64,000 bases of DNA from Botryllus schlosseri (lineage: Eukaryota): contig CM119384.1 in assembly GCA_051294905.1 (NCBI GenBank), positions 18,228,001 through 18,292,000 of the forward strand. The letters run 5' to 3'. Position 1 is the first letter of the stretch, and the number at the start of each line of letters is the position of its first letter. The notes beneath the pieces are model-generated. The model searched no databases. It was not told the origin of the DNA and saw only the letters and a list, made by a program, of their open reading frames with translations. Of the stretch, positions 53,401-63,169 are shown in pieces. Position numbers and translations under genes: made by a program.

Positions 53401-56400
53401 AGACCACAGCATTTCTAAAAAGGGGCGCTGGGGAGAAAAGGTAAAGAACCACTGGCCTAGCCGATGCAAATAAAAGGCATACACGCTGAAATAAAAGTAT
53501 TTGGAGATAGCACAACATATAAAAGGACAAGCGATAAAAATAAGGTGGCATGTGTCGGGAAACTAGGTCGATAGCCTATATCCGGTCGTGGTATGGTTGT
53601 CTCAAGTAAGAGTGTAAAGTAAAAGTAGTATTGGCATAAAATCTTATTACCTTGAGTAACTAGCTCAAGTATGCAAGGCCTACATGAACATTGCGAAAAA
53701 CAAGTACTTTTTTTTACCACCTCTGGTATGTTGCAACTATGCTTATTGTTTCAGTGCTCTGTGGTTATGATACTATAGTCATATCGTTGGTCATATCGTT
53801 ATGTGAGATCGTCAAAATTGACTTTATGGATTGGATAGCGTTTCCTATTGCTATTGTTTAGACATCAGAAAGCTCATCATCATCAGACAGTGAAGCAGAT
53901 CCCGTAGAACTACTTGGAAAACAAGCGGACCTGGAAATACAGACTGTAAACTCCGACGAAATTAACAGAAAGAAATTCAAGAGAGTCTTGAAAGAGTTTG
54001 ATAAAGAACAGAAAACGATAGCAAGGAAAGAACGGAAGGAGGAGAAAGCTTTAAGGAAAAAGGAAAAAGCTTTAAGGAAGAAGCAGAAGAGGAAAGAAAA
54101 GAAAGAGAGGAAGCTCATCGAAAGAAATAGCAAGAAAGAAAGGAAAGAACATCGCAGGATAGTGAACGACTTTCTTCGTACCCAGGACAAAGAGGATAAA
54201 ATGCAAATGAAACTGGAGAGGGAGAAGGAAATAAAAGAAAGGCGAGAGGCGGGCAAAAGCAGCGGGGTGTCTGTGAGAAAAGTGTGGCGGGCGCCGCAGA
54301 AATGGTTTCCAGGCACAGTGAAACTGGAAGACCAGTTCGACAAGATAGAGAGGCAACATCGAAAAGAGAGAAAGGAGAAGAGAGAGAAAGAGCGACAGGA
54401 AAGGAAAAAGAAAGAGAAGTTGGAGGAAGACCTGAGAGCGATTGCGTTGTCGTTGAGAGAGGTCGACAGGAGAGCGCGTGGGATCTCTTCCAGGTTTCTA
54501 AGGGGGCAGTCGTCGTCAAAAAGACACGGTGAGTCCTTGAAGTAGGGTCTTCGTACGTTTGAGCCGGAATCGCATGTTGAATTTCAGATTCCCCCAATCG
54601 ATATCAGCGCGAAGAAAATTTAACGGACGAGTATTTCGAGCCCCCCATCCGCTTAGCTTGGGAAGGGAATTACTGTCCTGGTGAGTGAAATTCTGCTATG
54701 CCGATTTACTTTCGTGAGGACCGATTATATCTGACCCGTAAAACGTATCGCTTGTGCGACAAAACTTTACCGAGCAAGTCAAAGCCACTCGGATTTGTTA
54801 AGTGGTGCATTGCGCGCGATTCAGATGTTTTCGATAGTAATTGACCATGCTGACGCGATTGGTTGTCGGTGTTGTAAAATGCATTCTATTCAGAAATTCA
54901 CTCCTGGGGGAGCAGAACTTCAACAGACAATTGAATATTGTCTTCATTGCATAATGCATTCCAAACGAATGTTTTCGGCTGACACTGGTCATGTGTAATC
55001 GTCAGCAAACATTTCGAAGAACTTCGAAGATCGCATTACCAAATATGACGTCACTAGTGTTAAAAATCCGAATATTCGAGGCGATCAGATGGCTTCAGCT
55101 AAATGTACAATTTTTAAATTGTACACTAACCATTTCTGATGAGTCTCAGCCGAAAATGTTCGGGTTTATTTCAATACGAACAAAACGAAAATTCATTGCA
55201 GAGAAGCCTTCGAATAGCAATGTGACGCGCACCTTGGTGCAACCTCTGAAGGTGTTTGAGCACACGGGATTCGAAGAACGACTGGCTTCTACGATTGAGA
55301 CCGGGGTTCGCGTTATCATCGAGAAGCAGAGGCTTTTAGGTGACTTAAAAATATATGTAATTCCTTCGACGTTCAGAAATGTCGAATTCAAACTAGCGTG
55401 AAAATAAATCAAGGAGCAGAACCAGCCGGTTTGACTTTGTTAGCCTACCCTTAAAAGAGAAATCGTTCCGCGCCCATGTCTGCAATAATTTGATCTTCGA
55501 TTTTACAAATATATAACTTGCGATTTTCGCCGCATTGTTAAATTGACACCAGACCGGACCTTCCAAATTAGATGACGAATCCCTGAAATTTTCATCCGGT
55601 GCCAGCGACGACTTGATCTCCATCAACACTATAGTTATATAAGACATGGCGTGTAACATTCTTTCATTAGGCAAATCGAAGGGAAGCGAGGAAGAAAAGA
55701 AAAAGTTCAAGGAGTTCTTTGCATTTGGCGAACCGGTGAGATCAGCATTCTCATCTATTCTGATTTGATATTATTGTTTTTATAGAGTAGACCAGGGGTT
55801 CTCAACCCGCGGCCCGCGGGCCGCATGCGGCCCACAGACGGTTATTTTGCGGCCCGCGACGTCTTTCATTACGAACGCAATTACTACTGGCAGTATTGTT
55901 ACATATTAATTGTACTTGTAATTGTTATTGACTACCGTACTCATTATTTATTGTGTTCTAGTTTCTTGATATATGCTCGAGTTGATTGCTATTGTTTTGA
56001 ATTAATATTCGGCTTGACTCTTGTTCAAGAGAATCCCGCTGTGTAGTACACTTTTAAAGAGTGTTTCACTCGCCGCGAATGGTTTGAACAGAAACAAGAC
56101 AAGGAACTGGAAATTAAACAGCGAAAACTGGGTTTGTAACTCTGCGTGGAAAAATTTGCTTTATCAGATATAAATGGAGAGCCGAAGTGTCATATTTGTC
56201 GGCGAACAGTTGTCGTGACGAAGCGTAGAAGCTTAAAATGATGCCACGACAGTTTCTTCTGTATAGTTACACACATCGCCTGATCTTAGAAAACGTTACC
56301 TGCTAGGTGTCAAGCCGGAAATACATAATCAGAGGCGTTGTTAAAATTGTCGACGACGTTACAGACGCATCCTTCAAAATTGCTTGGAATATCGCTAAAC

Positions 56401-59400
56401 CCACGAAATATGCTAGAGAAGGTGTTATTTCAATGAAACTTTAACATACTGTGTGAATATTCGCTGTGTCTGAATCGTAGCAGCGAGGACAAACATCACC
56501 TGACAAATTTCGAAGCTACAGTTATCTGATTCAATCGTGACCAGAAGAGTAACAATAATGTCAGTCGATCTTTTATCGCATGTTCTGAAACACGTTGCCG
56601 CGTATAGACTCACTTTAGCCGCCTAGCATTGGACGAATCCACCGACTTCAATGACATTGCATAGCTAATCATCTCGGCGCATTTTATCAGAGTGGACACA
56701 TTTGCAGAGAAAATGCTGACAGGGCAAACGTGGAGAGGGGACCAGCATAAATCATCAACTTCACAAAGCTGCCTTCTGTAACTATTGTTGCAGGGCTACA
56801 GCCATGGAAGGAAAGAAGGGTTGATTGGTTGATTGGTTTGCTCATAAATGACCCCAGACGCCAAACTCATATCACTGAAAGTTCGATAATTACTTTTATA
56901 ACGAAAAATAACCGTAATTGTATATTTGCTCGCTAACGCACGCAATGAAACAGAGTTGGTTTCTCGGATGGAAGGGTTTGAAGTTGTGATCAGATCAGTT
57001 GACCCTACCCAGAGTCATATCGATCACACCCTGGCCTACACCGTTAAGTTACTTGTTATGATTTCATGCGCCAATGTGATTTTCTTTACGGTTGGACGAA
57101 TCAATAAATATTTCTCTCTTTCTCATATACCGACTTGGCAACGAATGCAACGCACGCTCCATGAAGGGATTTACCTGCACCGCTGGAAGATGCATATTCT
57201 CACAATAAAACAGCAACTGCAAACTTACGAACGTTGTCCATTAACGCTTTGGAAAGCATAAAAATGTACTAAATGCCAGTTTACGACTGGCAAATAGGCT
57301 ACAGTAGCCTAGATTCAATATTAGACCACAAATACATGGTAATAATTTTCTGCGGCCCGCGGCGTCTTTTGCTGTTAAAATGCGGCCCGTTATACAAGGG
57401 AAGTTGAGAACCCCTGGAGTAGACTATTCGACTCCTGGCACGGATTGGAAGATGTTTTTATATTCGGAGTCATTGCACATTCGATTCTTTACTGATTAGA
57501 TAAAAGAAATGTTTTTTAAACTAGATTTTGCGTGACCGTAATTACACTGCTTCAGTCATTTGCGCAAAGCACTCACTCGGTAGCAGGCTTTGGTTTGACC
57601 AGGCCTGGATTACATACCAGTAAAATGGACATGATTGTCAATTTTCAATGCTTCCTGTATGACTTGACCTGTGTGACAGGTCATTATTAAGAGTAAATGT
57701 TTGGAACACATCAATTTCAACCAGAAAGTGAATAGTATTTATAATCTAAAGTTCTGTCCATTTCTTTCTAGATCCCGAAGACACTAGGATACTATCCTGC
57801 TGAATATTTGCAGAAACGTAAGTGCTCTATCATTGCTATCATGTCGTGCAAACAAGGTTTGAAATGGATGCAACACAACTACCGGCGCCATCAGCATTTC
57901 AGAAAAACAATCGAGAGAGAGATACTAAGTATTCGAACAACTGAAAAACACAGTATGTTTTATTACACACACGCAACATATGTATGCTTACATTTAAAAC
58001 GAACGGTGCTTTAAAACATGTTTTATGCAGTGTTTTAAACAAATGCATTTAAAAAATTGTGGTTTTTGAAACGTTGTATAATCATGCCATAATTGTGCAA
58101 TTACGTTTAGTATGAGCCTATACGGACGATTTGCACCCACTATAGTCGACGTATACCAGGGGTCACCAACATGCGGCCCGCCAAGTCATATTCTGTGGCC
58201 CGCGACCTGATTTGAGAATTAGGAAGAAAGCTAAGAAAACCAATTTGAAATGCTGAAATTCATTACAGTTTCAACATGTTGTTGTTGATGTTTCAAAATA
58301 AGCTATTCTCTTGTGCCCAACATCACTATTCGTCATTATAGCTAAAACGGCTGTGGTGATGGCAACAGCATTCCATCGAGGGAGAATCAGCTGATGTGAA
58401 TGGGCATATCGTCTTGACTTGCAATGGCCGAAACACTGCCAAAACCGAGACGCATAGAAAACGGCTTAAGGCAGTGGTTCCCAAACTGGGGAGCGCGCGC
58501 CCCTTGTGGGGGTGCGAAAGCATCTGAAGGGGAGGCGGAGATGCGCTCAAATGAAATTTTTTTCGCGCTCGGCGCGATTTACCTCTATTTCATAGTTATT
58601 GCTATGTTTATAGTCCGGAATTAATCTTATAGAATTATGTTATCAACAGCCATAACCTTCCATGCCATCAAACTAGCCGTTGGGATTGCTCGCATTCTGG
58701 TTGCATTTTGTGATATGACGACTTTTCAGTATCATAAAGGGGTGTGTGTTTAAAAAAAGTTTGAGAACCACTGGCTTAGGGTTCCCACAAGATCAAGCTT
58801 TACGTCGAGATGGTCTTTCAGCTCGTAACGTATCTCGCTAGTCCCAATATCGATTCCTAGTCGCTGAAAAGCGTTTCCAGGTATCGTGCACAGCTCACAG
58901 TTCAACATAAAATATAATTGGTGATAATGATTTTTGTTGTATTTGTTTTCCTTTAATGAAATATTATTTCTTTTGTGGTCAAATATGCCCATCGCCTATG
59001 TTAGATAGCTCACCGTTGTGCTGACGTAGAGTTTTAGAACGTGGTTGCCTATTTTACATCGATATCGAATTCATGCGGCCCGCGGCCTCCACGAAGTTTG
59101 GAAAGTGGCCCGCGACCCGTTTTGAGTTGGCGACCCCTGACGTATACGATATGGAGTGTCTGTAACCCTAAAAAGTGTCGATGGTTCAACAGTTATAGCA
59201 AGATATATATCATTGGTACGGAATGGACGTTCTGATGATGATGACCGCCGACCGTAAAAATGCCGCTTAACGATGTAGTCCTGGTTAAAGATATTCTTGG
59301 TCTGTTTAAGGCAGTGGTTGGAAGCCTTTTCCGTCGAAGGAGCCATATATACCCTGTATTTTCAATAGTCAACTCAACAGTCATATTTGAAGATTCGCAA

Positions 59401-60767
59401 CGTCATGACTGTTTTTAACAAGGGCCATGTTATAAACATGTCTGGTTTTTGTTGTTTCGTGATTATGTTTTAAATGCAACCCTAAGTATATGGAATGGTA
59501 TATGTGACAGGGGGTGACTGATACTCATGTCACAAACGAAATTTTCTATAACTACCGTCCTATAAGAAGCTATTACTGCGGCATATACTCATTTTCCCTG
59601 ATATCCTACCGAGCTCATTGATGGAAACATATTGTTCGACACTTAAAATAACTTGCCTAATTATTTGCATCAAGAGAGATACCTGGAAACATATTTACCG
59701 GAGCATTGCATGATAAGCAATGTTAGCTCTAAGCTGCGCACGAGCGCAAATGCGCAGTGCTGACGTGGTATCGGCGCACAGAAAATCCAATTTGCGCACA
59801 AAAAGTCCAAAGTGATGACCTTATTTTAGTCGTTACGCACTGTTGTCCAAGGGTCTGCGCAGCGAGTTGGTGAGTGTGCGCGGACTCGTCAAAAATTAGA
59901 GGGAACATTGATGATAAGGCCCTAACAGCATGATAATGAACAATAATCTGATCCTAAAAACAGTCTCGAACTTGCTTATTCAATCTTAAAGTATACTCTT
60001 TCATTTATCAACTAGATGACAGCATACGAAGACCCTACCCATAATCGCTGATGAAATAACAGCACCGTAACTATTGTCGCGATTTATCGAGCGAATATAA
60101 TTTTGTACCATCTATGAATGTTTTCTTCGTAAACCTTTTTTGCATTTGGTGTCTTGCAGGCGTGAACGTTCCGATTCCACAGAACGTGTTGAAGGCTTCG
60201 GAAAAAGTGAAGCTCCACCGATTCTTCAAAGCAGCTGACCGAAGCAAAGTCCGAGAACTAAAAGGCCTGAATGTCTTGTGGGACTACATATTGTGCTTTC
60301 ACCCTGGCATACCTGGTGCTACGTGTAAGATTTTTTTGGCCATTTAGACAACAATGCTATATTAGCATAGTTCTATATTTGTTCATAAGCTTGTCGAAAT
60401 TATTGGAATTTTCAAATTCATAGATTTCACCTTCCAATTTATCCAGCTCAATCGTAAAATATTTGATGTCTATGCCTGAGAGAAAAAACTCCCTGTATGC
60501 TCATCTTGGGGAATTCTGAATTACGGAAATTACGCTTGTTTAAAATAGAAGGTCACTGCGATGCAACATATGGCATAGGCTACTCGTCATGAATAAGTTA
60601 AAGTGTCAGCTTTCTTCGCTGTTTAAACCATTGTCCTTCTAGGCAAGCATGTACCAAGACTTGATCTGAAAGCAGCATTAGAGAAAATTAATTTCTCTAT
60701 ACAAGAATATGCAGTCGTCACTGCTGGTAAAATGATGGAGGTTTTGGATCGAGCAGACGAAGTTTGA
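20282..60767 (+). CDS. Large multi-exon gene (manual model): uncharacterised acidic/low-complexity repeat protein with a K/E/R-rich segment and short globular C-terminus
   Basis: More than 35 AG..GT-bounded exons, most with length divisible by 3 and stop-free in phase 0, from MDAEDS|IDKQ.. to ..EVLDRADEV* (TGA 60765-60767). Links at 23007-24389, 40553-41347 and 54681-55552 are unresolved, so it could be two genes. Confidence 0.65.
20455..20620 (+). mobile_element. tRNA-derived SINE, second copy
   Basis: TAATGGTGATGTG..GGTTCGAACCCCGGCCGGGTCAGACC..ACTGGTATCC. Confidence 0.75.
20876..21838. mobile_element. Unclassified TIR element (MITE)
   Basis: ~22-bp TIR GGAGATGTGGTACCGATGGATC / GATCCATCGGTACCACATCTCC; no clear TSD. 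Confidence 0.8.
22431..23006 (+). CDS. 5' exon cluster of the large gene
   Basis: 22431-22512 (phase 2-0, S|IDKQRMENSFSPSSAGFDFIPKRKKMT), 22728-22808 (APSNIPSPRPIEDVQPISPSSNIGVRR), 22877-22920 (alternatively 22846-22920), 22980-23006. Confidence 0.6.
24390..24718 (+). CDS. Exon pair of the large gene
   Basis: 24390-24482 (WEAWHCMLSTSALYSGQLDTATLSECFRCAF, donor gtgagg) and 24632-24718 (PPWKSADLENGQNDQPASARRSKSQEKLQ), both phase 0-0. Confidence 0.6.
24781..26070. mobile_element. hAT-type MITE (family C, TACTCAAGTA/AGTAGAAGTAG arrays)
   Basis: TIR CAGAGGTGG / CCACCTCTG; perfect 8-bp TSD GGATTGGA (24773-24780, 26071-26078); sits in the first unit of a ~90-bp tandem duplication. Confidence 0.92.
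26431..28713. mobile_element. Non-autonomous TIR element with GGGTGGC/GCCACCCC subterminal motifs
   Basis: TIR CATAGGCGCCGA / TCGGCGCCTATG; flanks cttgagg / cttgaga; internal block 27540-27670 recurs at about 63800-63930. Confidence 0.8.
28806..28871 (+). CDS. Phase 0-0 exon (ILEPEESGKKVPVPLSYDKPAQ)
   Basis: tttgcacag| 66 nt |gtaaat. Confidence 0.75.
29385..30010 (-). mobile_element. 3' fragment of a restriction-like-endonuclease non-LTR retrotransposon (R4/Dong/NeSL-like)
   Basis: CRMCHNQNETVAHLTAG zinc knuckle, RHNKV, then (frameshift) HPDMII..LFIELAFP..KESEKYSKYADL..VPIVIGATG, then QKVTLLG..IFRKAL. Confidence 0.9.
30526..31120 (+). CDS. Exons 30526-30603 and 30800-31120; the latter encodes ~8 tandem 12-aa SSDSPPQQEELG repeats
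   Basis: 78 nt and 321 nt, both phase 0-0 with canonical splice sites; 36-bp nucleotide periodicity. Confidence 0.85.
31919..33518 (+). CDS. Micro-exon cluster: 31919-31978, 32045-32098, 32275-32334, 32398-32451, 32643-32729, 33438-33518
   Basis: Lengths 60/54/60/54/87/81, all open in phase 0; paralogous ends DNVALEM / DDVASKM and APEPLEQ / APEPLKQ. Confidence 0.82.
33710..33734. repeat. (CT)n microsatellite
   Basis: About 12 CT units. Confidence 0.95.
35161..36030. repeat. ~63-bp minisatellite (ACAGAGCAGA subunits) inside the P element
   Basis: Units like atcacagagcagataacaaacgtattttcatcaaggcaagttacagagcagatgcagtccaaa; higher-order 144-bp duplication starting at 35369 and 35513. Confidence 0.93.
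36035..37813 (-). pseudogene. Intron-containing P-type transposase with truncated THAP domain
   Basis: ATG at 37813 MGYTCCVPECRTGY..LFKFP (THAP start) fused by deletion to ..FDFTHNFKNIFNN (37350-37706); small exon about 37134-37270 with a frameshift (..ETADYVEFVYNIWSVMSVK..KG|gt); open 332-aa C-terminal exon with SDPIEARFGMYRQSNGGN. Confidence 0.88.
39189..40552 (+). CDS. Micro-exon cluster: 39189-39248, 39319-39369, 39657-39716, 39786-39839, 40148-40207, 40264-40302, 40505-40552
   Basis: Lengths 60/51/60/54/60/39/48, all phase 0-0 and stop-free; paralogous pairs DEPSLKSE..RNAINK / DKTFPKSE..KNASEK and GEPLDT / LQPLDT. Confidence 0.82.
41121..41268 (-). mobile_element. Short, decayed family A MITE
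   Basis: CAGTGATGGGATGACTC .. GACTTGTTGCCAACCCTG; flanks ctctaata / ctccaatc. Confidence 0.75.
41348..42162 (+). CDS. Exon cluster: 41348-41452, 41532-41663, 41791-41868, 41956-42033, 42094-42162
   Basis: 105/132/78/78/69 nt, all phase 0; repeated motif DSDISDILKSEDAP(K/R)K; the first intron (41453-41531) needs a GC donor AAG|GCGAGT. Confidence 0.8.
42246..42960 (-). mobile_element. Penelope-like retroelement, 5'-truncated (GIY-YIG endonuclease and 3' tail)
   Basis: ORF 42399-42929: NIVYEFKCHCDCRYVGRTTQRLKERIKQH..SAIGRHL..FSILGR..LSALESTFIKIQQPRLCQQKE; tail ..CTGAAGAGTATTGGCTCGAAAAGCTTCGGG. Confidence 0.9.
42965..44674. repeat. 328-bp near-identical inverted repeat (42965-43292 / 44347-44674) with a ~1.05 kb spacer
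   Basis: The arms are reverse complements; I found one mismatch by eye. Confidence 0.92.
44385..45720. repeat. Diverged tandem duplication, period ~680 bp
   Basis: gaca.aattta.caa.ccccgtatattaat..ggtgcggtaaacgatcggttacgg.ccggaat..cgcgtattgtgttga occurs at about 44390/45068 and 44680/45380. Confidence 0.8.
46030..47730. repeat. Two diverged direct copies (about 46030-46260 and 47460-47730)
   Basis: Shared cgagtttt.tcaaacag..gactgac.tcgat.g.gtcac.ctcga.tgatc.cagctgatttgcg.acatc..gaaattacaag. Confidence 0.7.
47860..49210. repeat. Tandem duplications (about 48055-48270/48330-48548 and 48940-49065/49083-49205)
   Basis: Direct visual alignment of both pairs. Confidence 0.75.
50574..50940 (+). 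CDS. Exons 50574-50681 (PGNSDTDDQISELSWSELISSKPMTYQEKVDAQFKT) and 50887-50940 (NYASTSKSPQPSSGNSSK)
   Basis: 108 and 54 nt, phase 0-0, canonical splice sites. Confidence 0.7.
51340..53383. mobile_element. hAT-type MITE (family D, GGAGTCGGAGT arrays)
   Basis: Termini CAGATCTGTGGACTCGG / CCGACTCCACAGCCCTG; perfect 8-bp TSD GTGACCAC (51332-51339, 53384-53391). Confidence 0.88.
52034..52897 (+). mobile_element. Family B MITE nested in family D
   Basis: CAGGACCGTAAC / GTTTCAGTCCTG; flanks actacagc / tctagagc (6/8). Confidence 0.85.
53862..54680 (+). CDS. Large K/E/R-rich exon 53862-54528 plus exon 54588-54680
   Basis: tttag|TSESSSSSDSEADPVELL.. open through the 53988 ORF; strong donor CACG|GTGAGT just before the ORF-track stop; 59-nt intron; next exon (D)SPNRYQREENLTDEYFEPPIRLAWEGNYCP|gtgagt, phase 1-1. 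Confidence 0.85.
55553..55735 (+). CDS. Exons 55553-55598 (tentative) and 55671-55735 (GKSKGSEEEKKKFKEFFAFGEP)
   Basis: Acceptor ctttcattag and donor CCG|gtgag; the frame continues into 57772. Confidence 0.6.
55793..57416 (+). mobile_element. hAT (Buster/SPIN/GTF2IRD2-type) element with decayed transposase
   Basis: TIR CAGGGGTTCTCAAC / GTTGAGAACCCCTG; perfect TSD GAGTAGAC; relic motifs KFALSDINGEPKCHICRRTV and LALDESTDFNDIA*L. Confidence 0.92.
57772..60767 (+). CDS. Last coding exons: 57772-57817, 60160-60324, 60643-60767
   Basis: Phases 0-1, 1-1, 1-stop chain without stops: IPKTLGYYPAEYLQK R VNVPIPQNVLKASEKVKLHRFFKAADRSKVRELKGLNVLWDYILCFHPGIPGAT C KHVPRLDLKAALEKINFSIQEYAVVTAGKMMEVLDRADEV*. 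Confidence 0.8.
58157..59139. mobile_element. hAT MITE
   Basis: CAGGGGTCACCAAC / GTTGGCGACCCCTG; perfect TSD ACGTATAC. Confidence 0.9.
58472..58773. mobile_element. hAT MITE nested in 58157-59139
   Basis: CAGTGGTTCCCAAAC / GTTTGAGAACCACTG; flanks gcttaagg / gcttaggg. Confidence 0.85.
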
Positions 60768-60902
60768 GTCCTGGTAAGTACAATCAACCGTTTGTTATTT
60801 GATAAGTTGGCAATGTGTCTGCAATGCGGTTACGTAACTTCCCAATGCGTAATTACACTGTGATGTTTGTTGAAACGTTTTCATTTTTCCCCCTCTATTC
60901 AG

Positions 60903-60982
60903 AATCCGCCTACATCTGCAGCTTCGAAGACGTCTGTATATTTTTGAATTCAAAATGCAATTTTGTGCTTGGATGTAATAAA
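60903..60982 (+). terminator. Probable 3'UTR exon with polyadenylation signal AATAAA (60977-60982)
   Basis: Donor CTG|gtaagt 6 nt after the stop; acceptor ttttccccctctattcag at 60902; AATAAA downstream. Confidence 0.55.
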
Positions 60983-62849
60983 ATATGAAACGTATAAGTG
61001 GGTGGAATAAGTTGAGCGTCTTAAAAGCGGAGATCGTGTTGCTTTCCTAGACCAGTAGATGTTGTCAAAGTCGTTAATATTGGTAGTTGAGTAGAAGTAC
61101 AAGTGACGCTGTAATTTCAAACTCAATTACGATTGGAAGTAGGGTTTTTGAATATCTACGTAAGTGGAAGTAGTAAATTAAGGTATGAAAAGTAGTTTGA
61201 AGAAGTCGATTTGGTTGCATAATTTTAGTGTGACTACTTTTGGAATTGCTGAATGGAACCTTGCAACTAGCGCAAAATAACACTACAAATAAGTGGTGTT
61301 TTTGAAAATTTATTTAGTTGCCGTGATACATTCCTATTGCAATGTAGGCAGGTAACTCACAAATTTTGTTCGCGAGCGACTTACGCAAACGCGATTATGA
61401 TGTAAAGTTTTTGACTACTCGTATCATAGTGACAAGTCTCACGAACCATCAATGGGCCGGGCAGTGCTTAACCACTAGGTGTACTTTGCCGAAGCAATGT
61501 GTGGGTAATCCACCTCTTGTGTACAGATCTCGCAACTATAGGAGTCGCCTTCTGTACCAGATTTATCTAGATCTATAGGGCACATTATGTTTTGCATTAA
61601 ATATCACCCTTTTGCTTTGTTCGTCAGCAACTTGTTTATTGTCTGGCCTGCTGTGGATCTCACGTGTCATGCGTCCCTTTCAGTCAATAGGACCAAGTCG
61701 ATTACCGGCTCAATCGTTATCCGATTAACTAATGTGATGTGACGTGATTGCGAAAGAATTACTATTTCATTAGAGTAGGTTGCTCAACAATTCCTGTGTT
61801 AAGATTTTGAATCAGGAAATGAGGTATTAGAAGCGAGCGTATCAGTGACGTACGGTCAGGGGAGGCAAGTTAGGCATTGCCTCGTCTGTCGTCAGACGTC
61901 AGGACGAGTATGAGAAAATTGTAAAAACCTTCAATGAATATGATATTTTCCGCCAATGTTCATGAATAACTAAAAGTGAACATTGTTTCACCCAACATCC
62001 CCTATTTTCATGTTTATTGTTCAAAAATACAGTGCGAAAGGAGAGGAAGGCACAGGCGGGTCGTGCCTCACCTGCGACAATCCAATTTATCATGAACAGA
62101 TTAGAATTTATATTAACTGACATCAATCAAATGTTGGTGACGCACTGATTCCGAAGAACCAAATATTAACAATCCAAAGCACTGGAACCCGCCTAAAATT
62201 GCCAAGGAATGCGAAATCTGGCTTTATTCCATATGATGGCAGCACAGATAAACAATAGTCAAGTGACGCAGAATCGAATCTGCCTCACCCACTATTCGCT
62301 TGCTATCGGACAATCGCAACACACTGAAACGCACTATCGATTTCGGAAACTGATAGTGTTGTATGAATCGTGGAGTTGCGACGGTCAATTCGTAATGCTG
62401 ATGAAATAAATTGCCTTACTGATGTAGCTGTAATGTGTTTTCTCTCAATACACATCGGGATGTTTGGTATGTAACAGCAACTGTCACTGCCTGCGTTGTT
62501 GTTTTTTGTGGTATTTATGATATTTTTCGACTGCAATGGTCATTTACACATGCTGATACCCTAGATTATGATTGCATATCTACCCACTTGTAGCAGGGCC
62601 CACTTCTAGACTTTTGTATGACACCGCTTACGTGGATCAGATGGCGAGGAGCAGCCTAGATAGCCTACGTGTGAATATGGCTAATGTGATAAGAAACAGG
62701 TCGCCAACTCAATCAGCTAGTTTCATGTATTCACGAATATTATGCCAAGGAAATGTGCATCCCTAATCATGAATCTAAATCTATTTTCAACCATTTAAGT
62801 TTGATGTGACATATTAAGTTCTGCTGATAGGTTGCAGCGGATTATCCAC

Positions 62850-63159
62850 CAATCAAGGATAATCCGAGAAATATCAACGAAAAACTTCAATAACTCCGCT
62901 TCTACATAGTTGGAATTGAGTCAAATTTGTTTTGCATCGTCTCTGAAGACAGCTCAACAATTTCATGGGGTTGACAGAAAAATTAGATTTTTTTATTAAT
63001 TTTCCTGTTTAAATTAAAAATTTTAATTTGATCTGCGTAGCCCTATACTTGTTAGAATTTAACCAAATTTGGTGCGCGGAGTTTCTTAGGGTAACCTGAC
63101 AATTTGATAACTGAATGACTGGAATCCAGACAAAAATAAGTTATTTCTGAACAGCCCTA
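62850..63159. mobile_element. Second copy of the 19345-19640 family
   Basis: Direct visual alignment. Confidence 0.7.
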
Positions 63160-63169
63160 ATGAACATTG

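Noticed and set aside
53167-53551. ORFs with SDSDSD / GVGVG / ESESE runs
   Set aside because: Translations of the GGAGTC subterminal array of MITE family D.
54529-54545. ORF-track stop at 54545 as the end of the gene
   Set aside because: A consensus donor GTGAGT at 54529 and in-phase downstream exons indicate the CDS continues.
53858-54597. Minus-strand and alternate-frame ORFs (F/L/S-rich, 161/95/160/82 aa)
   Set aside because: Shadows of the purine-rich K/E/R exon.
57772-57817. SH3 domain from GYYPAEYLQK
   Set aside because: Resembles the SH3 C-terminal GxxPxxY motif, but the upstream exons lack the ALYDY and WW elements.
61060-62770. Possible neighbouring gene on the minus strand
   Set aside because: Only short frames with no consistent splice chain or recognisable motif.
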